Source: the human T2T-CHM13v2.0 reference genome, Homo sapiens. Taken from it: a stretch of DNA of 64,000 nt. Below the pieces are notes generated by a model. The model made no database searches. It had not been told where the DNA came from and saw only the letters and a program-made list of their open reading frames with translations. Location of the stretch: NCBI RefSeq assembly GCF_009914755.1, contig NC_060926.1. One strand, 5' to 3'. Shown in pieces: positions 25,801-39,629 of this stretch (position 1 is its first letter; every line of letters starts with the position of its first letter). Position numbers and translations under genes: made by a program.

Positions 25801-26117
25801 AGGACTTGTTTTCTGATTTGTTCTGTGTGGAAACTGGACAATTTATTGCACTGCAATAAGTGCAAGTGTATCTCATCAATTGGATAAAAACCCAAACCAA
25901 ATCGACTACTCTTCAACTACAGTAAAGAATATCAGAGGTATTCTTTTAAATTTATTTTATTATTAAATCTATCAAACAGAAAAGTGAGTATATATGTATT
26001 TATATATGCATTATATATGTGCCTAGACATATATTTATATGGGTGTATATGTATATATGTACATTACGTGAAAGAGAAAGAATGCATTCACATTTTAATG
26101 TAAAAATAAACACCATT

Positions 26118-26422
26118 GGCCGGACATGGTAGCTCATGCCTGTAATCCCAGTACTTTGGGAAGCTTAGGCGGGCAGATCACCTGAGGTCAGGAGTTCAAG
26201 ACCATCCTGGCCAACATGGGAAACCCCGCCTCTACTAAAAATACAAAAATTAGCCAGGCATGGTGGCGGGCGCCTGTAATCCCAGCTACTCAGGAGGCTG
26301 AGGCAGGAGAATCACTTGAACCCGGGAGGCAGAGGTTGCAGTGAGCCAAGTTCGCTCCACTTCACTCTAACCTGGGCAAAAGAGTGAAACTCTGTCTCAA
26401 AATAAATAAATGAATAAAATCA
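26118..26422 (+). mobile_element. AluSq/Sx-type SINE
   Basis: Full-length; 16-bp TSD aaaaataaacaccatt at 26102-26117 and 26423-26438. Confidence 0.97.
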
Positions 26423-26439
26423 AAAAATAAACACCATTT

Positions 26440-27215
26440 ACCTTTCTTCCAACTTTAGGAATATAACCTCAGCAGCATCTAAGATATTCCAAGTGTGCTC
26501 ATTTCTGAATGTATCCCTCTTCCTTTGATTTTTGTATCGATCATTCCGTTGTTTTTCAAAAATAGTTTTATCACGTTAACTATCCCCAAAACAATGTTAT
26601 TATTTAGTTTGGTTTACTATAATTTTACTTAAATGAAAATGCATAAGTTGACTTATGATTTACTTTTTCAATGGACATGGTATTGTTGAGATTAATTTAT
26701 TTTGATTCATATAGCTATAGCCCATTAAACTTCACTATATATAATATTTATTGTGGCATATGAATGTAGCAATATTTATATATCAATTTTATTACTAAAA
26801 TTTTCAGTTGCTTCTAGTACTTTGCCCTGCAAAAAAAAATTATATATATATATGTTGCTATGTACTTTTTTTTACATAGCTTCTGATACACATGTACTAC
26901 TTTCTCTTGGGTTTATACCTATAAATTAAATTGAAAGGCCACAGAATTCACCCATCTTCAACTGTTTGGTAACAACACACTGCTTTTCAAAACTGCTGTA
27001 ATAGTTTACAGTCCTCCGGCAGTTTATGATGGTTTTCATCACTTCAAAACCTTGCCAGCACTTGGTACTTTCAGACTTTAATTTTATTCATTTTGTGGGT
27101 GTGAAATGGTAACACAAATATAAGTTAATTTGCATTTCTCCTGGTGTTAATGACATTAAGCATCTTTTCCTATTTTTATATCCCATTCAGGTTTTCTATT
27201 TTGTGGTGCCTGCTT
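26440..27215 (-). mobile_element. Old L1ME-type 3' region
   Basis: ccttgccagcacttggtactttcagactttaatttt...gtgggtgtgaaatggta; ttaatttgcatttctcc (antisense L1). Confidence 0.7.
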
Positions 27216-28119
27216 TTTTTTCCCCCCTCATTTTTCTCTTGGGCTTTTTGTTTTGTGAGAATTCCTGTAACTGTAGTATCTAATCTCATTAGGAATTATT
27301 CTATCTCCTACAACTTCTAAGCGCAGTAACAGTGCAAGTCTGTGATAATCCTTCACAGGAAAAAAGAAAAAAAAAAGGGCACTGGAAGGTTTTGCTTTGC
27401 TGTTTCGTATTATTAATTGGGATAGTTTCAACTCCCACAAAGAGAAAAGCAAGGCATGAGCACTCACCCATGCTTATTGACTTCCTAGGCTCTAAGTGCA
27501 GTGGGTATTAACTGAGCGGATTGACTACAAGATTGCAGCCTTCTCTCGCCTTGCACTTCATCACTCCAAACGATGTCATTCCCAATGCAGGACTGACAGG
27601 CACTCATGTCCAGCCTCGGCTCTATATCCCTAATCCATTAGTATTGGCTCGAGGTCAGCTTTTTGAAGACAAGATCAATTCTAATACAGTTACATTGACT
27701 TCTTTGTCTATCAGGGAGTAGATAGAAAGTTGAGAGGGATCAATAAATTCCAAACAACAAATCAGAAAATACATAGCATATAGAAGCCAGTTAGCATGCA
27801 TGGATTTCTCTGTGCTAGTCATTGATTAAAATATAGGTAGTCCAGAAATAATGAGTTTGGATCCATACCTGAAAGCCAAAATGGAAATCAACTGTTCAAG
27901 CTACGTCTTTAGCCGAATAGAAAATAGGAAATGACACAATCCTTGGCCTTGGGATCAAAATCTTACATTTTCTGGGTCAGTGTTACCATTTCAGACCCAG
28001 TTTGTGTCTTTTTATAAAGTGTTTTTCTCAGGCTAGTCTAATTTCCTTGTACAGGGGAGTATATGGTCCTTTGTACATATTTTCCAGACTTCACAAATTA
28101 TTGCCCTCTACCTGTCAAC

Positions 28120-28450
28120 TCCACCATCATCATAAATTTCCTTCCTATCTCTTTTCTGCCTATAAAAACCATCTTCAACCCAAGGCCCTGCCCAAATCTG
28201 CATCTTCTATGAAGTCTTTCTTCAACTTCATTGCTCTGAATAGACACTCAAGCTGTCAAAATCATGTAGCACTTCTTATCATTAGCACTAATTTGGAGCA
28301 CGTCTGCCTTATTATTCCTGCCTTGCATGGTTAGTTTTCTATCTTTGTTTGTTACCCACCAAAATAAGGACATCTGAAAGTCTGGGACTGTGTCTGAGGT
28401 ATTGATGTACATCTGACACACATAGAATATTGCCTGAATAAAACTACATG
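28120..28450 (+). mobile_element. L2 fragment
   Basis: catcttctatgaagtctttc; degenerate L2 3' end. Confidence 0.5.
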
Positions 28451-28929
28451 CCTAACTAAAACTCATTCATTCATATAGACATGAGTTACTCTCATACCTC
28501 TCAGTGACAACATGTTAATTAATGTTGACCAATCTCCTCCACTAAGATCCTGCTCTCCTTTTAACCTGAGGAGACAAGCCTGGCAATTTCTATATGTCTG
28601 TTCTGTTCTTCTTCCACCCATCCAGACTGTAGTTTTATCTTTTAAGGTGAGTATTCTCTATTAAACAAAGAGTAATCAAGCTAAAATAGCCTATGTAGTC
28701 CTGCTGAAATGTCTGACCTAACAAGCACCCTATTTCTTCCTAAAGTCTAGTGACACATCCTGGTATCTGAGTTTCTTAAATAAGAAACGCTAGTTTCTTA
28801 TTTCTAAACCTCATTACAGATATCCTAAACCCTTCTAAAGGTAAGACAATCAAGTTCTTGTAGAATCTTGAGCTGTCTCTGAGTCTGACAACTTATGGAG
28901 ATGATCATTATTGTAATAGTAAACAACTT

Positions 28930-29630
28930 CTGTAAAAAAAAAGCTTCATATAATGCTTACTATACACTAGGTACAATTCCTAGTGCTTTAAAAATATTAA
29001 CTCATTGAATTTTCATTAAGAACTCCATTAGGCAGGTACTAGTACTGTGCTGAATATTCCCATCTCCCCCATTCTTCACCTGTTTCAGCGCCCCCTGGAG
29101 CCTGACCTCATCAACCAGTCTTCTTGGTTCTCTGACTCATCATTGAGTTCAGCCTGTAGGAGACACCAACAGTATATAGAGGAGAGAAAAGTCAATATTT
29201 TACTTCATTAGCTGCCTTTCTGCCAGCTGCACTTTGACAATACATACTTTTCTCTGCCAAAGTCCTCAATTCCATAGCTAGCCCACTCCTACAGTTACAA
29301 CTCTCCTGAGATTCTATTCACTACCCTCTCCCCTTGCCTCTTTAGACCTAGGCAGGCTAAGATGTTTTTATTATCAAAGTACTTTACTGTTCGTTATTAG
29401 TTTTTCTTAAGCCTGCTCACGAGTTTGTGAATATTCCTTTTACTAAAATCTCTTACATTGCCCCTTTTTAGTATACTGTCTGACTGTCTGAACCCCAATC
29501 ATTACAAGACAGGAAACTGAGGCACAACAATATTAAGTGCCTTGCTTAAGATTATACAACTAGTGAGTCACAGAGTAGCGTTCAGATCCTGGCTGTGTGG
29601 TTCCACAATATGTTCTCTTAACAGTACACT
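28930..29630 (-). mobile_element. MIR split by an LTR33-like element
   Basis: tattaactcattgaattttca...ccattaggcaggtact on the left; ggaaactgaggcaca...taagtgccttgcttaagattatacaactagt on the right. Confidence 0.7.
29046..29506 (+). mobile_element. ERVL solo LTR (LTR33-like)
   Basis: TG...CA ends; ccccttgcctctttagacctagg and cctgctcacgagtttgtgaatattccttttactaaa motifs. Confidence 0.65.
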
Positions 29631-32109
29631 ATGTTGTCTCTGACTCTGTGTGTCTCCAAATGTAGCCAAACAACTGTCTTTCAACTCTGAGATAGGCCTC
29701 CGATTTCTCCTTGCCAGCCGAAGTCAAGAGTAAAGTAACGGCTTCTTCCTTTGCCAGGAGAGAAAGATCATCAGATCTATTTTAGAAAGAAACGTGGGCA
29801 GAGTTAACCAAGAAAAAGGAAAGTTTCCCTTTGGGCAGTGGTTTTCTTAAAATCTTCTGGGTTCTACCGCTACCTGTTTTGCATTTAAACAGGAGAGATA
29901 GGAACAAATTTAAGAATAATTAAGCAGAGAACAGAATTAAAAACAAGAGACAAGTGAGTAATAGCTAGAGCTGAAAGTCAAAATCCCAACTGGACACGTC
30001 AAAGGCTCAACCAGTCCTTAGTTCAAACTAAAACCAATAGTGAGCTTGAATTTTAATCTAGAAAGGGACTTTGGAAAGGAAACTCCCATAAAATTACTCA
30101 AGGTGGCTGATGAGACATTTCATTGAAATCCTACAATAAATCCCTCAAATTCTACAGTTAAATTACAAGGAACCACTGCAAATCAGTTGCAATGATTCTT
30201 CCTGCAATTCACCGACAAGACAATATTGTTTTAATGCCACTATGTATTAAATGCCTACTCTAGGTGAAGAACTTTATCCACTTGCATATCATTGTTAAAT
30301 TTCTCACAGCTTTGAAAAGTATTTAAAATTAGCCCCATTTATCAGGTAGGCAGTGGAGGATCTACTTCTTAAATTATTTTCTTAAAATCAAAATATGAGC
30401 ACAGAACCAGGATTCAAAAATCAAGAATGACCTTAAATATTGTGTGATGGGTGTGTGTGTTAATTATTATTATACTCACAGATGTAGAAGAACACAATCA
30501 TTCCAAATCTGATGCCTTGGGAAAGATGAAAACCACCGTGAATTCTACTTAAGCTTTTTCCCAGTTCTACAGTACACGTGTCATTTTGCCTGACTTTTGA
30601 GATTATGCAAATGCAATAAAATGAATTTTTTATAGTTGCCTGAAAACAACCACAAGCGAGGTAAGAATAAAGCATTATTCTTTGTACATAGTTGCAATCT
30701 TCACACCTGAAAGCTAAAATAATTAAACGTGTTAGCTCTGCCAAACTCTGCCAGTTGCAGGATATACTTCGCTTTTTGCAATGCACGATTCTCTGAAATC
30801 TTTTATAACCTGAGTCTATAGGGAAATCTTTTCCCTTCCCTGATGACTTCTAAGACCATTTAAGAGTAAGCAACCTCAATTTTTGATAGAACTCCTCTCA
30901 TATTCTTTCCATCTTCTTTCTCTCATCCTTAGCAATGTGCTCAGCAGTAAATCAAGCAGTTTATTAAATGTCATTTAATAAAAAATTACGGTTAGGTAGA
31001 CATAAGCCAAGAGTATCTACATTGATTGTTCAGTTTTGAGAGACTTCAGTAAACATAACCACAAGATCTGGTACACAGGCTTTTTCTTGCTGCATACAAT
31101 TTTCTACCCAGAGGTAGAGAGATTGTAGACTTCTGCCGTTGTAGGCAGGGCTGCTAACTGTGTTTACAAAAATGGTTGAGAAAACCCATGTCTCTCTGAC
31201 AGCTTTTTACCACATCAATTATAAATGCATTTTCCCTTGGGTGGTATTATCTCTCGCCCAAGGAATTTTCCACTGTCCTGGAGCATTTGCTGAGGAGAAT
31301 TGATTAGGAAGGCGGCTTCCCAGTAGATGGAGAGAAACTGCAAATGCTTCTTTTTGTTGATGCTGTTGCCCTCGTAGCATAAGTACTGCAAGAATGTGAA
31401 CAATTACAGCTGAAAATTCAAGCGGAAGCTGCTATGATAGAATTTGCAATTCACCCCTGCGGAGTGGAACAGACCCAGATATGTGAAGCTTGAATATATC
31501 TACCTGAGTAAAGTGATATTTGCTGGTGAGGGAATTATAGACATCAGTCATCTGTAGGGGCAGGAGAAAGGCATGTGTTTTGTTTGGGGTGGGATGGAAT
31601 TATCTGGATTGGCCACACTGAACAATTTTTCTCTGATTATGTTTGTATAGACCCAGTTTTATTTTAAAAATTACGGTTATGTGGTATTTACTGTAAATTA
31701 ATTATGAAGATGAGTTCATATAAAAGTAATTTAAACAACTATGAATACATTTTTAAACCTTTCTGTTTATATATGTGACTTTTAAAATTAGTAAATTTAT
31801 TTACTGACTTCAATGATATAAAGCTAAGTTGAATTTGATTCTAAAGTAAGGTAATTGCATCTCAATCTTCCTTGCCACTCAATATTGGATTAGGGTGGCA
31901 AAATTTTGTTTTATAAGACTTTCTCTGTGGCATGTGGCTCAGGATCAATACATAGTAAGTATTTAATTAATTAGCTTTAAAAATGCAGCTTAAGGTTATT
32001 GACTTTTTTGGAAAAATTAATAAATATGAAAGCAAAAGTCTTGAAATTGTTCAACTTTTAAACTAGTAATCCCATGACTATGAACTTCTCTTCAGGAAAT
32101 ACACCAAAA

Positions 32110-32740
<631 letters not shown>

Positions 32741-33439
32741 GTTCTAAAAGAAAGGATATGCATATAGAGATGCCTGCTATTACATTGTCTATCATGCAGG
32801 CATTTTAGCATGCAACTAAAGTATTTATCAATGAGAGAATGGCTGTGAATATAATGATATTGATATATTGAATGGTATACAGACAATGGGAATCGTAATT
32901 TAATGACTGCAGCAATATGAAACCCTGTAGCATGCATATATAAATGAGAAAGTAGAAAGAGAACTTGTATGTAAAATAGGTATAGAACTTTTTAAAAATA
33001 TGTATGTGAACAGAAAAAAACTGAAAGAAAATATAAATAATAATACTTCTTATAAAGTAAGGTTTGGGAAGAGTTGCTTTTCTTTTTTAAAAGCCCCATT
33101 ATTGGTATTATACTATCGTTTTCACAAGTAAAACAAATGGAGTAAAAAGATAAAACTGGTATAGAAAGGCGTTTTAACCACAATCGAATCTTCTGGGTTA
33201 GGAGTTTTCAAGAATCCTGCAAGCCCGGGTAGCCAATCTTTCCTGCCAGGGAGCAATTGGTGCTTCTGGTATTGGAATGCAGTCTACATTTGGTTCACCT
33301 TTGGGCCTTATTGTGGAAATGCTAACCCTCCGTAGCACCACCAAAGTACAGTTTGAATGATATAGAAGAAATTGCACTTCCTTCACCCCCGCCAAACACA
33401 AATAAATTGCTCCATTTTAACCACTAAACCTATAAACAC

Positions 33440-34830
33440 AAGTTCTCCTGCTAGCTCTCTCTACCAGTCATTTCTATTTCAATTGCAACCCCTACATTTA
33501 AGCCCAATTATCCCTTGTCTTATGTTTTTATGACTTGATAATAGCCTTCTCACTGAACTCCCTCCCTCTATTCTCCTATCCCTCCAGTCTCTCCTAGACA
33601 TTACACAAGATCAGTTTCCCTAAAGTACTTCTCTTCCAAAGTTTTCCCTTTGCTATTAGGAAAAAAACATGAAAACATACATAACGAACACTTTCTTATC
33701 TTTAGAGTAAAAACCAGTTGCCTTTCTATGGGTTTTTATTCAATATCACCACTCCTGTACTCTCTTGCCATGACCGCACGTGGGTCCCAATCTCCAGCTA
33801 ACTGGGTCTAACTACGCTGGTCTACTTTCTGGTCTTCATGAATTAACACTATTTTCATCCCTTAAGTCCTAGCCCAAGTTTCACCTTTTAATAAAATACT
33901 CCATCTGCTACATACCAGTTATTAATATTTGGACAGAGATATAAAAATGAGGCACTTAACTTTAACAAACACATTGTATCTTTATCACTAAAATCTATTC
34001 AGACCTCATGATTCAAACCTGGAGCTCAAACTTCATTCTGCCGTCTCCTTTGATAAATGCCCTTATGAAAGTACATTATTTTCTGTTGGTTTTCTTCCAA
34101 AGAAGCTTTCCATTTTATCTCTTCATCTCTACTTTTTCTCTCTTTTACACCTACCATCTTCGTTATGCCTGGATTCTGACAACTGCCTCCTAAAGGGTCT
34201 TACCTCCTCCGATCTTTTTGCATCAGCCAAACCACTCTCTGTGTAACCACTAAAGAATTATTCCTAAAACACAAGTTTGATTAGTCATTACCCTCATTGA
34301 AGGCCTTTATTTACTCAAAATCACCTTCAGGGTGATGTTTACAGTGGTTTACGAAGCTCTTCATTACCAGCCCTATCTATCTAGTGACATCTCTCAGCAC
34401 TTGTTTTATAGTTTAGGCTCCAGCAACAACAATATTCTTGCTTGTTGCTAAATACAGAGCGTGGTTTTTAGGTTTTGCGTCTTTGCTCCTGATCTTCTCT
34501 TTGTCTTTGACCTTCCCCTCTCCCACTCCATATAAACAAACTGCACAGGACTTATTCCTCCTTATCATTTGAAATTAAAATGAGCATGGTTTTCCCTTGG
34601 TAATGATTAGAAAATTAGTTCTGATTGATACTGACAGCCGGTTTCACTGCATTTCCTTTATTCTCTAAACCTACTGCTATTTATTCATTTCCACAACATT
34701 TCAAAAATATTTGTGTTTATCCCCCGACAACGAAAACCTTGAGAGGAGAGAATACATTGTATCCACTTCTCTCTCATCAGTTTCTAGTATCTGATTTGGG
34801 CACTCAATACCAGTTTGCAGAATGAGCTAG
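33440..34830 (+). mobile_element. L2 fragments
   Basis: aatagccttctcactgaactccct; acaactgcctcctaaagggtct; ends ggcactcaataccagtttgcagaatga. Confidence 0.65.
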
Positions 34831-37772
34831 CAAAGAAGGCCAGCCTGGCTCATTGCACATAATAGGGTTATAATGACACGAGTGCAAGAGAGGTTTTATT
34901 TGTATGTTTCCAGTGACGAAACTGATATTTGTCTATGTAATTGCAGGACTCTTTTCTCTTCTAGCCGAAATATTAGCACTAAGATAGACAATCATTTTGG
35001 CTTCTCTGGCACGTTAGGTTCCATATAACAAAAGATCTTGACATAGACTACCGAGAGAGACACAGAGGGAAGGGGTGGGCAGGCAGAAATCACCTTGCAT
35101 CTGTTTGGCAACTTTCAAGTTTATAAGCTCAGTCAGTTGTAGCTTGCAAAGGTGAATTCAGGTCCAGATAAATGTTAGTATTAGATATTTGAGTTTTGAA
35201 AGAAAAACATTTTCCACTGGGTTTCTCCTTTTAAATACCATGACCAGAAGTGTCTCTGGCCCACAGGGAAATCAAAGAAATGTGTTTGCCTTTACTTCTC
35301 CTTGTTATATGTGCTATCTATTCCAGGATTGTGACATCGTACTGCTTTTGTTTGGTGAGTATGGATTTCCTAAGGGGCCCTGGTATCTTTTGAAATACTA
35401 GAGAAATAAATTGTCATCTTATATAATTAACTGAGTAAGAACTTATGTTACATTTACAAAATGCATTCTGAAAGGACTTTTTAAAAATCTAGCCACATTT
35501 ACATATATTTTCCTCTTCGTATACAATTTATTGTAATAGTAACTAGAAATAAATGTTTCCATAAAGTAAGTAATGCATTAAAACCTGGTTCTAAGTGACA
35601 CAGAGGTATTTCAAAAGAAAACAAACTATGTCTTGTCAACTAAAAATATATTTAGACTATAATTCTGAAAGCTACATGTAATCGTAAAATGGCAGGTTTT
35701 GATAGTTTGATAATTTCCTTTGTAATTCTGTACTAAGGAATAGGCCACTCTTGAGTTTTACCAAATAAAAACTGAAGTGAAAAATGTATTGAAATATTGA
35801 TAAGGTACAACATTAATTTTTTAAAAGAAATATTTTCTGAAGACCGTGACCGTCTATTTTACAAGTGAGTTTATTAGAGTCATACTGTTTCATGTGTTGC
35901 CCTCAATAAGCTTGATCATTGACCAGCTAACAAATATCTTTTAAATATCTATTGTTATCAAGCTAATGTGCTAGGATATAAGAACTCTCAGGAGTACACA
36001 AAAATTCAAAAAACCTTTTAGGATGATTGAGACAAGACTCCAGTGAAAATACTCAGTAAAATCACAAAGACTACTTGAGAGATTTACTTTAAGGCCACGT
36101 CACATCTAGATATCAATGAATCGCATGAATAAAACAATTAATAAAACACAACAGTTTCCCCATTCACCAAAAATCTATCATAAATTTAAATTACCATTTA
36201 AAATCACATGTTGGCATTTCTCTAAAATGTTTAAAAATGGAGGCAGTACAGTGAAGGGAGGAAACAAAATAAAACCATTTAAATATTTTAAAGTCTGTCG
36301 TTGCCAAGCCCAGCGTGTGTTGGAGGTGGGGAGTCATATGCTATGGGCAGAGCGGGATCAGGTGTAGGAGAGATCCTCTTCACAGCCCCTGCTCTTACAG
36401 ATGGCCCATTCCAGACTGAGGAGCAAAGGCTGCCCTTCTGGCCAGTAGCCACCCCCTGTTCTAATGCCGTTAGATGGCACTAACTCAGGCTTTGCATAGC
36501 AGCTGATGGCCAAATAATCCAAGTGTAATTAAAAGTCATGTTCAGAAAACAAAGAGAAATCCCCACAGAGCGGTTTCCAGGAGGAAAGCTATCAGGCATC
36601 CACATGGAAGGCCAAATACAAAGGATATACGAGCCAAAAATGAGTTGAGAAAGAAAAGGGACCTGGCTAAAGATGGAAACACTAAGGAGAGAAGCTGGAA
36701 ACTCACAGGCTACAAAAGCAATGACTGCTCAGAGCTGATTAGCTCACCTGAAGCGACAGGAAAGGAAAATAAGAAAAATCCCTGCCTTGGACCCGAAACA
36801 AGAGAAATGCCCTAAGCTCATTAGCATCAGGAAGCCAAAAGGCTTTGTTCCCACACAAAATCAGCAGAGAGAATTACAGAATAATGACCGTCTTTGGTAA
36901 ACAGATTGAATGCGTGGACCTAGCTCTGGTGCTCCGGGTCCACCATGTCTTCTGTGGACAAAAGGAGGATTTGTATTGAAGTCTCTGACGTCAACTAACA
37001 AGCTTGGCTGGATTTTCCCTAGGAGGGCATGAGGAACTTATTGAAGCAATGAAAAATTAGAAAGTGGTAAAAGAATTTTGATAGAAAAACCCGTTAGAAA
37101 AAAAAATACCCTTCCTTCATCAAGGCAAGTTTCTGTGATTTGGGTGAGAAAATAAACATGTCAAATGTGTACTCCAGGAAAATCATATTACCTGAGTCTC
37201 CTTATTGGGCAGGTTTATAACTAAATACAGAAGGATGCCTCTTCCAGACAACATTTTTTCTGGATTATCTCAATTTTACAGAAGACGTGATTTCTTAATG
37301 AAATATTTATGCTCTAGGTAGGGAGGTAAATTTGCCTCTGTATTAATAGAATCATTATCTAAAATTCCTACCCAACTATCTGATTTCTGCCTGTTGAAGA
37401 GGAATAGGGCATTATTTGGCTAATCTGTCATACAGAGTCGAAGCTGACACAGAACTTGGATGGTTTTGTGCAGAGTGCAGGATGGTGAATTTTGGTTTTT
37501 AAAACTGCTGATTTTAAATATCTAAAGGGTACTTAGTAACTATGCACATAAAGTTATTATTTTTCATCTAATACTGTTACAGACCAAAAAAGCTGTATAA
37601 GTTGGCATCATATTTGGAGGATGTGTTTAGGGTGGTCTGGCCTAAAATATAAACTGTGTGGCATTCATGATGTTCAAGTGTTTTGGAGGCCCTAAAAAAA
37701 ATGCCACTTATCTCTAGAGCAGCTGAAAGTAAGACCCAATGAGAGGCTGCTGTGACTTTCAACCAAGAGGAA

Positions 37773-37960
37773 GGAATCATTATAATGGCTACAGCAGTGA
37801 AGCAGGGCAGGAAGCAAAATATAAAAATATAGAAAACTATGATCTTTCTTCAACAAGTTACGTTTCCACTCTGGAAGGAAAGACTCTATATAATCTCAAA
37901 TATTTGAGAAAGCACTTCCATTGACTATAGGCAAGAGTAGAGAAGTCTTTTATTTTTTCT
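37773..37960 (+). repeat. Local direct duplication, copy A (copy B at 39889-40078)
   Basis: Shared ggaagcaaaatataaaaatata, aaaactatgatctttctt, gtttccactctggaagga, gtagagaagtctttt. Confidence 0.92.
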
Positions 37961-38209
37961 GGAACTACTCTGAATCATACATAATAAAATTCTGTGTATA
38001 GAAAACACAAACAATGTAAATTCTAGGCTGGAAATTACAAACACAGATATTTTAAATCACAGGCAATGATATATTGTCTAGCTATTTTTCATATGGGCAA
38101 CTATAGCATGAATAGCTGTTTGTTCATTGGGGTTTTAAATGATAATTAAATAGTCTGAAGAAGTCTTATAGACAGCAGATACTTTAGAGTAATGATATTA
38201 GTTTTGTTG

Positions 38210-38214
<5 letters not shown>

Positions 38215-38248
<34 letters not shown>
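38215..38248. repeat. (TA)17 abutting a 32-T Alu tail
   Basis: Counted directly. Confidence 0.95.
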
Positions 38249-38281
<33 letters not shown>

Positions 38282-38564
38282 AGACGGAGTCTCGCTCTGT
38301 CACCCGGGCTAGAGTGCAGTGGCACAATCTTGGCTCACTGCAGCCTCCAACTCCCGAGTTCAAGAGATTCCTCTGCCTCAGCTTCCTGAGTAGCTGGGAC
38401 TACAGGCATACGCCACTATGCCCAGCTAATTTTTATATTTTCAGTAGAGATGGGGTTTCACCATGTTGGTTGGCCAGGATGGTCTCGAACTCTTGACCTC
38501 GTAATCTGCCTGCCTCGGCCTCCCAAAGTGCTGGAATTATAGGCATGAGCCACAGCGCCCGGCC
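38249..38564 (-). mobile_element. AluSc-type SINE
   Basis: Reverse Alu with ctcttgacctcgt diagnostic. Confidence 0.96.
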
Positions 38565-38719
38565 TGAAAAATATTTTATATTGAATATAATCACAGGATT
38601 TTCTGGTACAGGTAGCTAGGTCCTGGTTTTGGTCTGACGTATGCTTATAGATTTTCCATGGGAGGTATAGCAGATAAGAACAATGATTATAAAGTGAAAT
38701 AAATCTAGAACGAAATCCT

Positions 38720-38880
38720 GCTTCAGGCTGCACATTACTTAATTTTTCAGAACTGCATTTTCTTCATTTATGAAATTCACAATAATAATAGTGCCTACAT
38801 TAAGAATCATTGTTAAGTATTAAATGAGATAATGTGTGTTCAATGCTTAGCACAGCATCTGGCAATGGATAATCATTTAA
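38720..38880 (+). mobile_element. MIR
   Basis: aataatagtgcctac...tattaaatgagataatgtgtgt...tgcttagcacagcatctggca. Confidence 0.75.
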
Positions 38881-39629
38881 AAGTCACACAATAAAATAAA
38901 CAAAATAGACTCAATAAATCATGGATGATTTTCTATTTAGTGAACTGCTTTGGAGATTAACAATGACTGACATTGAGTAAGAGGTTTCTTGGACAAGGAA
39001 GACTGTTGAATATAAAATCGTATTACTCCATGGAGAAGTAATATTGCAACAGCTACTATTATTATGAGGATACCCAAGAACACAAATGAGCAGAATTATT
39101 TTATCTGCAGCCCTCTACCATGTGACCTTCCCTGTTCTTTCTGTTGTTTTACCAAGTTGCTCTAGTGTGCCTCTTCCATGACCTTGACAAGGCCCACTAC
39201 CACCTCTAAGTAAATTTTAGACAATTTATTTAAATCTCACAGCCAAAAGGAACCAAACAAAATAGCATGAAAATCCTCTTCTACAGTGAGGTGATATGAT
39301 GAAGTTTAAAATTGAGGGAAATGAGAGGAGACAGAGGTAGGGAGAGGTAGGCTCTCACAAGTACTGAAGGACTTTATCTCTGAGTCAAGCAAGAAGGGGC
39401 ATTTCCTGACCCCCCCTGGCAGCCTGCTGGATACCATGTGACACTGTAGTTTTCCCATCCAAGTGGATTCTTCTAAATTAAGCTGAGATATCCTAGATGG
39501 CCACCTATTTTCAGAAAATGCAATAATTTATGTGTAGAACATGATTTTGGTGCTTTAGTGAAGAAAATTTATTGTTATTCATTATTTTCTAGAGCCACAT
39601 AGTTTTATTTACACAAATCTTGGGTTATT

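Noticed and set aside
36468-36482. CTCF-like gccgttagatggcac (also near 61265-61280 on the minus strand)
   Set aside because: Mismatches at informative core positions; too weak without data
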